NCBI RefSeq assembly: GCF_001194135.2
Contig: NC_068989.1
Location: forward strand, 10,965,652-11,029,651
DNA from: Octopus bimaculoides
Lineage: Eukaryota
Direction: 5' to 3'
Length of the DNA stretch: 64,000 nucleotides
Part shown: positions 50,147 through 61,877 of the stretch, piece after piece
Numbering within the stretch: position 1 is the stretch's first letter
How the letters are laid out: every line of letters starts with the position of its first letter
Made by a program: the position numbers and the translations under genes
Notes under the pieces: model-generated
Seen by the model: only the letters and a program-made list of their open reading frames with translations
Told to the model about the DNA's origin: nothing
The model's database searches: none

Positions 50147-53022
50147 TACATGCATGCATGCACACACAAATAGGTTCCAATACAGTTTCTATGTATCAAA
50201 TAAGGCATTGGTTGACCAGGGCTATAGCAGAAGACCCAAGGTGGACCAAGGTGCTGCACAGAGGGACTAAACCCAAAACCATATAATTACAAAACAAGCT
50301 TCTTAACCACTCGACCATGTCTGCACTCACAGAAAAGTTTTTAATAAAAAATCGTTAATTATTAATTATAGAAGTTTTAATAAACTAACCATTGAAGCAA
50401 ACCAAGACCATTAAATATAATTTCAGTAAAATTGGGGGTTTTCAGAAATAAAAAAGAAAAAGAAAAATTGCTAAAATATATATCTTTTCCCTCTTTTGTC
50501 AGATTAAATCCAATCTCATTTCCCATAATTATATGGCACCATATTTTTTTTATTTTGTTTAGGACGGTGGAGTGGGGAGGGGGGAAAAATTATTCTCCAT
50601 TAACCTTTGACCTTTGTATGAAAGCTTTTGAAGTGTGTTTGAGATATTTTTATTCATATTTCATAAGCTTACAGCTGAAGAGTACAGCAAGCGATGATGA
50701 CGATGACGGTGATGAGCATGACCGATGACAACTGTGGTGGTAGATGAGGATGATGACGATGACGATGATGATGATGACAATGATGGTTTATAATATCATC
50801 ATCTTCTGACAATAGCCGAGGTCAAATTTGTTAGATCTTTCTTTCTCAGTCTTTTAAGCAAGTGAAATTAGATGACATGGAAAACTAGAGGTGGTGGTCG
50901 TGGTGGGGAAAATGATTAGAGTACTTTGAAACAGAGAGGCTCTATGTGGTTGTTCCAATTACTAGAAATAGCAACCAAATCTCCTTCAAAAATATCTGAA
51001 GACACACCGAGCAGTGTACTTCAGGGTACAGCCATGATCATCATCATTTAGCATCTGCAGTGTGCATGGAAAAAAAAAGAAAAAGACATGATGGTCACAG
51101 CTGGAAATGATTTTGTTTCTAAGTCAGTTTCATTAAGTGTCATCATCATCATCATTTTACATCCATTTTTCATGCTGGCATGGGTTGGACGGTTCGACTG
51201 GGGTCTGGGAAGCTAGGAGGCTGCACCAAGCCCCAATCTGATCTAGCAGTGTTTCTACAGCTGGATGCCCTTCCTAACGCCAACCACTCCGAGAGTGTAG
51301 TGGGTGCTTTTTACGCACCACCGGCGCAAGGGGCCAGAGGAGCTGGCATTGACCACAACTGGATGGTGCTTTTTATGTGTCACCGGCATGGAAGCCAGTC
51401 AAGGTGGCTCTGGCATCGGCCACGTTCAGATGGTGCTTTTTACGTGCTACCGGCACGGGGCTCACAACTACAATTTCCATTTGATTTTATTTTGATATTC
51501 CTGTTGATGTTGATGTACTTGATTCAATAGGTCTCCTCAAGTATGGTCGATAAAATAAGTACCAGTCAAGTACTGTGATCGATGTAAGAAATTGAGTTCG
51601 TCTTTCCATTAAAAACTACTGACCCTATTCCAAAATTTGAAACCATTATTTGGGGAAAATTATTAATATGTAAGTAATAATATATAACATGCTATTAATA
51701 TTTGTTGTTGTTGGCACACCGTCGCTTACGACGTCCAGGGGTCCAGTTGATCCGATCAACGGAACAGCCTGCTCGTGAAATTAACGTGCAAGTGGCTGAG
51801 CACTCCACAGACACGTGTACGCTTAACGTAGTTCTCGGGGATATTCAGTGTGACACAGTGTGACAAGGCTGACCCTTTGAATTACAGGTACAACAGAAAC
51901 AGGAAGTAAGAGTAAGAGAAAGTTGTGGTGGAAGAGTACAGCAGGGTTCGCCACCATCCCCTGCCGGAGCCTCGTGGATTTTTGGGTGTTTTCGCTCAAT
52001 AAACACTCACAACGCCCGGTCTGGGTATCGAAACCACGATCCNNNNNNNNNNNNNNNNNNNNNNNNNNNNNNNNNNNNNNNNNNNNNNNNNNNNNNNNNN
52101 NNNNNNNNNNNNNNNNNNNNNNNNNNNTGATTAAAACAACTGAATACTCTTCATCGGCAGAATCAAACATCCATTTGCTTTAAGCATATCATTTTTTTTT
52201 TTTTTTTTTATGCGCCCTTCTAAAGCCTAGCCAGGCTCATGGGCCCGGTTTCCCGGTTTCTTTGGCGTCTGTGTTCCCCCCAGCTTTACTCAAGAAACAG
52301 GAAGAAAGTGTGAGAGAAAGTTGAGGCGAAAGCGTGGAGCTTTAGGTGTTTTTCGCTCAATAAACACTCACAACACCCGGTCTGGGAATCGAAACCGCGA
52401 TCTTCCGACACTAACCACTGGGCCATTGCGCCTCCACATTAATATTATATACTGGATCTTTATCAAGTAAACAATAACAGTCTGATATGTCAATCAGAGC
52501 AGCAAAAACATTCAAAGCACACACACACACCTTAAACAAAAATGCACACACACAAAAGTGATCGGCATAACTACAGGGTTTTACCCCCCAGACTTTGGGA
52601 GGTCAATCATTCAATGTAATTTGTCCTCAGATGTGATCTTTTCAAAAGTTAAGAAATCAAGCTACACAGCATAATATTGTAAGGAGAGAAAAAAAATTGG
52701 AAATTGCAACAATTATTCCTTTTCCAAAGACGTGAATAAGGTAAATAAACTGAAGTTGAGCAGGAATATACGAGTACCTGCTATTTTTGTCCTACGGCAA
52801 ACATCCTAGAAATTATGAGAATAGCTTATTCTCTTATAAAAAAAAACATATCGTTACAGGTATAATAAATTGTACATCAGTTATAGATTCAAGTAGTCAA
52901 AGTATAGAGAAAATGTTTTTACAAGGGAGTTAACTTTACGAAGGGAGACAACCGAGTATAACATGATCCTGAAGAGATATCTAAATCTTAACTTGCACCG
53001 GAACATCTTCAACATAGAAATA

Positions 53023-53375
53023 CAGTGAATACCTCGCAGTACGAGTTTAATTTGTTCCATGACCGAGCTCGTCTTACGATTTACTCGTTTTACAAATTAG
53101 TTTTCCCCACTGAAATTATCTAAAATATAATTAATCCGTTCCAGCCTCTCCCCCAGCCCCCAAAAAAAAACCACTCAAAGATGTTTTTTGGGGCGTTTTA
53201 AAACAGAAAAGGTGTAGTTACAAGTTAAATGACAATTATAAAAAAAGAGAATGCAAACGAAATATGTAAACAGGTTTTATTAAGTAAATTACCTTAAAGA
53301 TGGGACGATTTGTGTGCTCGTACTACGGATTTCCACTCGTACAATGGTGCACTCGTACTGCAAGGTACTACTCTG
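53023..53375. mobile_element. Tigger/pogo-like MITE
   Basis: ta-cagtgaatacctcgcagtacgag ... ctcgtactgcaaggtactactctg imperfect TIRs. Confidence 0.65.
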
Positions 53376-53406
<31 letters not shown>

Positions 53407-53929
53407 TGTTTGGTGTGATGTCTCTTTGCAACTGGTCAGCTACTGGGAAAGGCTGAAATAGCTAAGACTCTACTCCCTGGAGAGAAGACGGGAGAGGTAT
53501 GCAGTTGGGGTGGATTGTGCATTAAAGGATATAATATAGTTCGAACTTTGTATATAGGACCCGAAGTTATTTTTTTGTTAAATTATTTTATGGAAAAAAA
53601 AAGTGCGTTTTATAAGCCATTATGTAAAGTAGTTTAAATATGTTAAGCTATCTCATTACTGTATCCAACACCATTCAACACAAAAGATAGTCGTAAATGA
53701 GTGTCACCGTCATACAAGCCGTGTCATTCATTTCCAATCTTCTGCAAAAACATGTCTGGCCATGGGAAATATGACCCTCCCTGCCTGAAAAAGGTGAAGC
53801 TTAGCAACAGGAAGAGCATCCAGCCAGAGAAAATCTGCCTCAATAAACTCATCCAATCCATGCAAGCAAGTGGGCATTAAAACAATGATGACAAACTCTG
53901 TTGTGGTATGAATTCAGAATATATATATA

Positions 53930-54378
53930 TATTTCTTTATTGCCCACAGGGGGCTAAACATACAGGGGACAAACAAGGACAGACAAACGGATTAAGTCGA
54001 TTATATCGACTCCAGTGCGTAACTGGTACTTTATTTAATCGACCCCGAAAGGTTGAAAGGCAAAGTCGACCTCGGTGGAAATTGAACTCAGAACGTAACG
54101 GCAGACAAAATACCGCTAAGCATTTCGTCCGGCGTGCTAACGTTTCTTATTTCTTTATTGCCCACAAGGGGCTAAACACAGAGAGGACAAACAAGGACAG
54201 ACAAAGGGATTAAGTGGATTACATCAACCCCAGTGCGTAACTGGTACTTATTTAATCGACCCTGAAAGGATGAAAGGCAAAGTCGACCTTGACGGAATTT
54301 GAACTCAGAACATAATGGCAGACAAAATACTGCTAAGCATTTCGCCCTGCATGCTACCAGTTCTGCCAGCTCGCCGCC
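53930..54378 (-). mobile_element. Two tandem Meta-domain-like SINE copies
   Basis: Reverse complement of the 27996 family, twice. Confidence 0.85.
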
Positions 54379-54479
54379 AGAATATAAATATACACAACTA
54401 AAATCACAGGACATGTAGCTCGGCACTCTTCCGCCTCAGCCATTTCGACACTCTTTCGATATATAATTATAATACTCAC

Positions 54480-54718
54480 GTTTCATTCTTGTCTGTATGT
54501 TCCTCCTTGTGAACTTTGTGTCCATAGCTACCACCGACAATGATCATTCCTGTGTCAGACTTCTTCACAGAGAACGGCAGCACCAAAACTGACATGGATT
54601 TCATGTAGAACTGTGAGTGGGCCGTGCCAGACATGTTACGCAGTTGTTGTGTCCAAAGCAGTTGCAAGTTTTCATCAAAACACAAAACCTGCCAGTGATC
54701 AGTTACTACGACGATAAC
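54480..54718 (-). CDS. FG-GAP repeat membrane protein, most 5' exon found
   Basis: tacttttag acceptor, gtgagt donor; VIVVVTDHWQVLCFDENLQLLW...DTGMIIVGG...KNE; resembles the NERD1-family segment VVVVTSGWSVLCFDHNLKKLW...DTGLVIVGG as remembered; phase 0 to 2. Confidence 0.9.
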
Positions 54719-54818
54719 CTAAAAGTAACAACAATAACAACATTAGAAATATTACGGGAATATCCCTGATTCAAGAATGATTCAGGAATCATTATCATCA
54801 TCAACATCATCGTCGTCG

Positions 54819-55016
54819 TTTATGTCCGCTTTTCATGCTGGCATGGGTTGGACGGTTTGACTGAGAACTGACAAGCCAGGAGGCTGCACTAGGCTCCAAT
54901 CTGATCCAGCTGTGGTAACCTTGCCAGATCAGATTGGAGCCTGGTGCAGCCTTCTGGCTTGTCAGTTCTCAGTCAAACCGTCCAACCCATGCCAGCATGG
55001 AAAGCAGACGTTAAAC
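54819..55016. repeat. Fold-back of two RTE-related 3' ends
   Basis: Arms 54834-54906 and 54927-54999 differ at 2 of 73 positions; 20-nt spacer. Confidence 0.85.
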
Positions 55017-56775
55017 AATGNNNNNNNNNNCTTGTCAGTTCTCAGTCAAACCGTCCAACCCATGCCAGCATGGAAAGCAGACGTTAAACAATGAGGATGA
55101 TGATGATGATGATTCTATGAATCTTCCTTGTTTCGAAATTCAAATTTATGTATTTGTGGGATACCCTATAGTGGTAACGCTTAAGATGCTGAGTTCAATC
55201 TCTACTTGTGTTAATGTAGTGTGCTATTTAAAACAAAAAAAAAGCTAGACATACACTTCTACTCACATAAGAAAGCTAGGCACGAGACGTTCCAGCTTGG
55301 CCATTTTGGTACCACATATTTGGTGTCGCTGATTCTACACTGACTTATCTGACAGTGACGAGCACAGGTCTCCGTGGTTACGGTATTCAGTTCCCATCAT
55401 AAAGTCATGAGTTCAGTTGACTGAGGACTGGCGAGCCAGATGGCTGCACCAGGCTCCAATCTGATTTGGCAGAGTTTCTACAGCTGGATGCCCTTCCTAA
55501 CGCCAACCACTCCAAGAGTGTAGTGGGTGCTTTTATGTGCCACCGGGACGAAGGCCAGTCAGGCGGGTACTGGCAATGACTTATTCCAAAGAAATGTCAT
55601 AGAAGTATTTTTGATACATCCAGTTGATGTGAAAAGGTGTAGAATTTAAAATATTGAACCTACAACCTAACTACTTAGCCATGTACCTCCAAACACACGT
55701 ACTAAACAGACTCTATGAAAGAATTAAACGCATCAAAAAAACAATGNNNNNNNNNNNNNNNNNNNNNNNNNNNNNNNNNNNNNNNNNNNNNNNNNNNNNN
55801 NNNNNNNNNNNNNNNNNNNNNNNNNNNNNNNNNNNNNNNNNNNNNNNNNNNNNNNNNNNNNNNNNNNNNNNNNNNNNNNNNNNNNNNNNNNNNNNNNNNN
55901 NNNNNNNNNNNNNNNNNNNNNNNNNNNNNNNNNNNNNNNNNNNNNNNNNNNNNNNNNNNNNNNNNNNNNNNNNNNNNNNNNNNNNNNNNNNNNNNNNNNN
56001 NNNNNNNNNNNNNNNNNNNNNNNNNNNNNNNNNNNNNNNNNNNNNNNNNNNNNNNNNNNNNNNNNNNNNNNNNNNNNNNNNNNNNNNNNNNNNNNNNNNN
56101 NNNNNNNNNNNNNNNNNNNNNNNNNNNNNNNNNNNNNNNNNNNNNNNNNNNNNNNNNNNNNNNNNNNNNNNNNNNNNNNNNNNNNNNNNNNNNNNNNNNN
56201 NNNNNNNNNNNNNNNNNNNNNNNNNNNNNNNNNNNNNNNNNNNNNNNNNNNNNNNNNNNNNNNNTTTGAGTTAGAAAAAGGAATAAAATGAGAATTAAGG
56301 CAAGCTTGTAACAATGCAGAAAGTCTTTTAAAAATATCTTTATATTTTGGGTATAAAGGCCTTGTGCTAGTGTCATGTTAAAAGCGCCCAGCTCACTGTG
56401 TAAAGTGGTTGGCATTAGGAAGGGCATCCTGTCTCAGAAACCAAGCCAAATCAAATTGGAACTTGATGCAGCCTTCCTGCATGCCAGCCCTGGTCAAACT
56501 GTCCAACCCATGCCAGCAAGGACAACAGACGTTAAATGATGATGATAGGTCCATCTTCAGAAGAATACAGTCAAAGAAATGTGTATTTACATGAATCCTC
56601 CCATTTTGGATAGTCTGGTGCTTGGTACCAAGGAAGGTAATATTTTCACATAGTTGGACATGTTTTCCATGGAAGACTGGAGATGAACACCATCACTTGT
56701 ATAACAATGATGTTCATTTACAACCATCACATAATGTGAAGACAAAGGTACACACACATGGTTTCTTCCATTTCT

Positions 56776-57007
56776 TATTTCTTTACTGCCCACAAGGGGC
56801 TACACACAGAGGGGACAAACAAAGACAAACAAACGGATTAAGTCGATTATATCGACCTCAGTGCGTAACTGGTAGTTATTTAATCGACCCCGAAAGGATG
56901 AAAGGCAAAGTCGACCTCGGTGGAATTTGAACTCAGAACGTAAAGACAGACGAAATACCGCTAAGCATTTCGCCCAGCGTGCTAACGTTTCTGCCAGCTC
57001 GCCGCCT
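56776..57007 (-). mobile_element. Meta-domain-like SINE copy
   Basis: Reverse complement of the 27996 family. Confidence 0.85.
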
Positions 57008-58418
57008 TTAGTTTCTTAACAGAAACCATTTCTTTAACAGAAACCATTTCTTTAACAGAAATGGTTTCTTCCATTTCTGTTAACCAAATCCACTCACAAG
57101 GCTTTAGGTAGCCCAGAACTATAGCAGTTTGGGAAGCAAACTTCATACCATACAACCACGCCTACACACACGAGAGGAGAGAATACCTACTAGCTAAACA
57201 CAAACGCACCCAATACACGCTGTTGTATGTGACATAGATAACTATTTAATTAAACCCATATCATAAGATTCCGCTTAGGCGTATGAGTGGAGACCAACCT
57301 TTCTAATGCACAGACGAGGGTTGCTAGTGTCCATTTGCATACCTGCGTAAAACAACTGTACATAACTCAATTATACACGTACGTACGTAGGTATGCATGC
57401 ACAAACACTGAAATGAAAATGTCCCATAACCGTTAATGAAACGTTGAATCACCACTGAAAGTTTCGACTTTATTTAGTGTACTTGATAAAGATTATTGCT
57501 CTGGTTGGAAATGGCAGGTTCGAAACTGACCGGTAATAAAGTCACAATTAATCTATGGTGGCCGATAATAAAGTCACAATTAATTTATGGGACCCGGACA
57601 AAACACCCCTATGACACACACATACACACCCAGGACAAAACCCCTGATATTCTTTTTCCTATGACTGTTTTTATCTCGATTCGGTTTGAAGAAAACATGC
57701 GGCGGATAGACTCAACCAGGAATTAAAACTGTATCCCAAAAGCTAACTTTAACTGGATTACTTAAAACGTGTGATGGTTGTGTGAAGGTGGTGGTCGTTG
57801 TAGTGTGTGTGTGTCTAATAGTCATATTCTTAATCCAACTGGAAGTTATCAACATCTCAAGAATTGTGAGAGCAATGTATTTTGAAACATCGTTGCTTTG
57901 TCCTTTTCCAGTTCTGGGCGAGTATACCCATATTCGAAGGCGTTCCAGTTGTGTCCATTTTTAATTTTAAATATAATGTAACATTTTTGGCCTCAAAACT
58001 GTTAAAACACACAATTTCGTAAACTTCATGGAAAACATAATTTTCAGACCTACCTTCACCGAAATCGAAATTTAAATGATGTGAGACGAATAAATATGTT
58101 TTCTTTGGTGATAGCAATCTTTCTATATCTTAAGCATGTTCACTGAAACATTCCTTCAGTAGTTTATTGGTTTTAATTTAAATTATAAACGAAACTAAGT
58201 AACACAATCTCTGTGAGATAGCATGGATGCGGCCATAATTAAACGGTGTCAGCTGAAAACAGTTCTCTTCTTCAAACATATTCCAGGCTTTATATCAGCG
58301 AGCTTCAGCGTAATCGTTCGACCTGCAAAAAATAGCAACCAACTCTCCCTCAGGTCACATTTTACCGTTTAAAAAGTAGGAAAGAGTGTTAAATAGTGTA
58401 GTTCTATATGCAGTATTT

Positions 58419-58673
58419 GGTACTACTAAAGCAGCGCGGACCCGAACGCGCAGCCGTGCAGTCGCGCGTCCGCGCTAGCTAGTCTTGAGTGGTCGATCCT
58501 AACCCTAACCCTATCCCTAACCCTAACCCTGTCCCTAACCCTAACCCTATCCCTAACCCTAACCCGCGTGTGCAAATGAATACGTGTTTAGGGTTAGGGT
58601 TAGGGTTAGGATCGACCACTCACGACTAGCTAGCGCGACTGCGCGTTCGGGTCCGCGCTGCTTTAGTAGTACC
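58419..58673. mobile_element. Second Merlin-type MITE with central telomeric arrays
   Basis: TIR GGTACTACTAAAGCAGCGCGGACCCGAACGCGCAG; 8-bp TSD cagtattt (58411-58418 and 58674-58681); about 11 CCTAAC-type units then (TTAGGG)3-TTAGG. Confidence 0.85.
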
Positions 58674-61221
58674 CAGTATTTCGGGGAAACGAGACAATAA
58701 TCTGGGTTTAACAACTAAAACAAACGATTAGCTATTTTTTTGCATGTCATAAAATATTATTTAATTCTTCGTGCCATCTTAAGTCATTAAAAGACGCTTG
58801 AGCGTCAATCTCTCTGTTAGTTCATTTTAAAAATGTGTGTATTTATTATAAGACGTCAACATGCCTGTATACATACATGCACACATGCATACAGGTGAGT
58901 GGACAAACGAAAGGAAATGGCACTCAACGTATTTGGTAGGGAGTACATATATTTTTAATGAGTGTAGGACAAAAGCCCCATAGTTAAAGTGTGCGAGTAG
59001 ACAAAAGCCCCACGGTTATATTTTTCGATTTTCCATGGAGAAATATTTCTTTGCTTGGAAATAGATAAAATGCTGGAAACAGGAAGAGCGTCTGGCTATA
59101 GAAAATCTGTCTCAATAAGCTCCGTCCGACCCATGCAAGCATGGAAAAGGAGACATAAAAATAAGGATGACGATGACTGATGAAGAGGTGCGTGAAAAAG
59201 AACATGATTTACAAAAGAAAAAATACGAGGAGGGAAATGAAAGACGAACAATTCTTAACATCGAAACAAATAAATCAATCATTTGTCGGGCATTCTACTA
59301 ATTCTATAATCCAGCGTTCAAGACTGGATATTTTATTTATTTCTAACAAGAGGCAAACGTGTAGAAAGTTTCTAATTTGAGAAAATTTCTTGTGGTGTCT
59401 TCATTAAATGAAAAATAATTTTCTTTAAATGAAAAAATAATTCTATTTCAAAGGGTTTTTTTTTTCAAACCTTGCATATTATAAAATTTGCTTTGACTGC
59501 AATTAATCAAAATGTATTTTATAATAAATTTTGTTCTACTTTTAGTTTTAATTACTCTTCAATCTTTGTCTTTCGTTAAAAAATTGCTTCAAAATAATCT
59601 TGAAGATAAACCTTGGTTATTTCCCCTTAGTCATTTGCAATTCATAAAACTACGAGAGTTGCTTCCCTTGACATAGCAAATTTCAATTAATTTTAGTTTA
59701 TCCATTTATTTTTCGTGTATAAATTATATTTGTTGAATTATCTAAAAGTTAAAATTTCCGATCGTCTCTCTAGACAATATTATGAATAAGTTTTTTCTGT
59801 ATTATATAGAATCGATGAAAATTATAAGACAAAAGTATAGCTAAACTTGATAAAAATATTGTAAGAATTCTTCCAAATGTTGGTTTATTTGATTGGAGAT
59901 GAGGTGTGAGATATTGAGGTGAAATTATTTCCTGTGGATTAGTATCCTATCGAAAGACAAGGAGAAATAAAAACGAGGGTTCATAGTTTTCGTCAGTAGA
60001 TATTTTGTAAAAGAATATCTAAGTTAATGTGTCACTAGGAGAGTTTGGTTCTGAGGTTTCAAGTCGTGACCTTTTTGTCATCTCACCAGCACACGAACTT
60101 CGTGTCTTTTCTGAATTTTATTATATGGGGAAAATATTTTTATTTCATTCAATACAGCTCCTGACACCAGCTACAGAAACCAAAGTTAGGAAATAGTTTA
60201 TGGAGAAAAGCAATTTGTAAGGTTCCCAGAAAAAAATATCACTGGGAAAAAAGTCATAATTTTAACCAGGAAAGAAGTCCTATTTAATGTAAATACTATA
60301 AACGATTAAAGTGATAAAGCAAACAGATTTTTAATTAGCTTTTAATTGACAGTACGTAACTTCTACGAAATTTACATACAATGGCATTACACATATGTGA
60401 AAAACACCTTTTGGTCAATTTTTTAAGCAAAGTAGACAATGGAACAAAAAAATTAAGTTAGGACTTTATTGACAATACATCAGTTCATGACACGTACAGA
60501 TCGAAAACATCTTTCAATACTATCGAGGCATTACCTGTATATTTAGTATTTTTAGTGCTGATTGCTAAAACGAATATCCCAACCGATGCCACAAAGAAAC
60601 TTTGCCATATTCTTGTGGTTTTTTCGTTGAGCAACTCACAAGTTATGAAGATGTTCTTGTTGCGACACATAGCATTGAATAATTCTTCCTTGATTTTTTT
60701 CTGCGACTTTTTTTTTTCCTGAATAAGTTTATAAAAGCACCAAAGAACGGTTGCTGTATTTATGCGTGTTTAAAAGTCACATTATTTTATACTTGATTTT
60801 TAAGTGTTAAAAAAAAAATAATAGATTGCGACTTACACGTGGAACAAAGTTAAATATAGGAAGGAAAATAAAAATTGTCCAGATTTAGCCCTAAATCAAG
60901 GATGAGGCTTTTATACGAATAACTAAGGTGTTTTTTACTGTTGGAAGAGATGACCTGTAACACACACATTGTTGACGAAAAGGACGGGCGACAATGACAA
61001 CGATGAATGGGATAATTATTAGGAAGATTTTAGTGTGTAGATAGATATTATACGGTTTACTACTTGCTAGATCCTATTTTTTTACCACAAGAACGTGTGC
61101 GTGTGTGAATTCACCTTCATTTTTATGTATGCTTTCAATGCTGACAAGGATTAGGAGGATCATCATGATGCAAGTCAGCCCCTATTTGAAGTTACTATCA
61201 TCATAGACTGGTTTCAGAGGA

Positions 61222-61313
61222 GGTAAAGACTACGTACACCCACCGTTTTTGGCGCAATAAGGACCCTAACCCTGAAACCTAACCCTAAACACCGGGTGTG
61301 CGTATTCTTTACT
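61222..61313. mobile_element. Small degenerate TIR element with CCCTAA-like interior
   Basis: ggtaaagactacgtacaccc versus reverse complement agtaaagaatacgcacaccc; interior ccctaaccctgaaacctaaccctaa; no TSD seen. Confidence 0.5.
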
Positions 61314-61601
61314 TTCGCCGGGTTTCAATACTGGGTGCTCTTCCTATTACAAACTACTTGATAAATATGGAGGTAAGTCTTTCTAACGGGACTTTTTGCA
61401 GCAGCATAAAACACAACTGTTTTCATGCTTTTGAATATTTCAGAGATTTTTTGGAGAATATTGAAAAGTCACACAAATAGCAGCAGTCAATATTTTGCAA
61501 ATCAAAGAATAAAGAGAAAGGATTTCTCTGATTTTGAGATTATAATTCTTCATCTTTAAACGTATAGTTTCCTTATCATACGAACACTATGGAGTATTCA
61601 A

Positions 61602-61877
61602 TCTTTACTCTTTTACTTGTTTCAGTCATTTGACTGCGGTCATGCTGGAGCACCGCCTTTAATCGAGAAAATCGACCCCAGGACTTATTCTTTGTAAGCC
61701 TAGTACTTATTCTATCGGGCTCTTTTTGCCGACCCTCTAAGTTACGGGAACGTAAACACACTAGCATCGGTTGTCAAGCGATGTTGGGGGGACAAACACA
61801 GACACACATACACACACACACACACACATATATATATACGACGGGCTTCTTTCAGTTTCCGTCTACCAAATCTACTC
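61602..61877 (-). mobile_element. tRNA-derived SINE, 3' part, truncated by a gap
   Basis: Reverse complement of the 14168 family. Confidence 0.85.

Noticed and set aside
54959-55092. Direct repeat after the fold-back
   Set aside because: Identical copies either side of a 10-N gap; artefact.
55267-55304. ATGGCCAAG...TTTCTTAT|gtgagt as first exon of the FG-GAP gene
   Set aside because: It ends in phase 2 while exon 54718 needs phase 0, and there is no visible room for the missing N-terminal exons in between.
56587-56793. 68-aa minus-strand ORF as an upstream exon
   Set aside because: It overlaps a dispersed repeat also seen at about 37930-38030 and 53700-53800; no family motifs.
60220-60800. 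Protein-coding exon (MCRNKNIF...)
   Set aside because: No splice context or family motifs; it looks like a decayed DNA-transposon interior that I could not classify.
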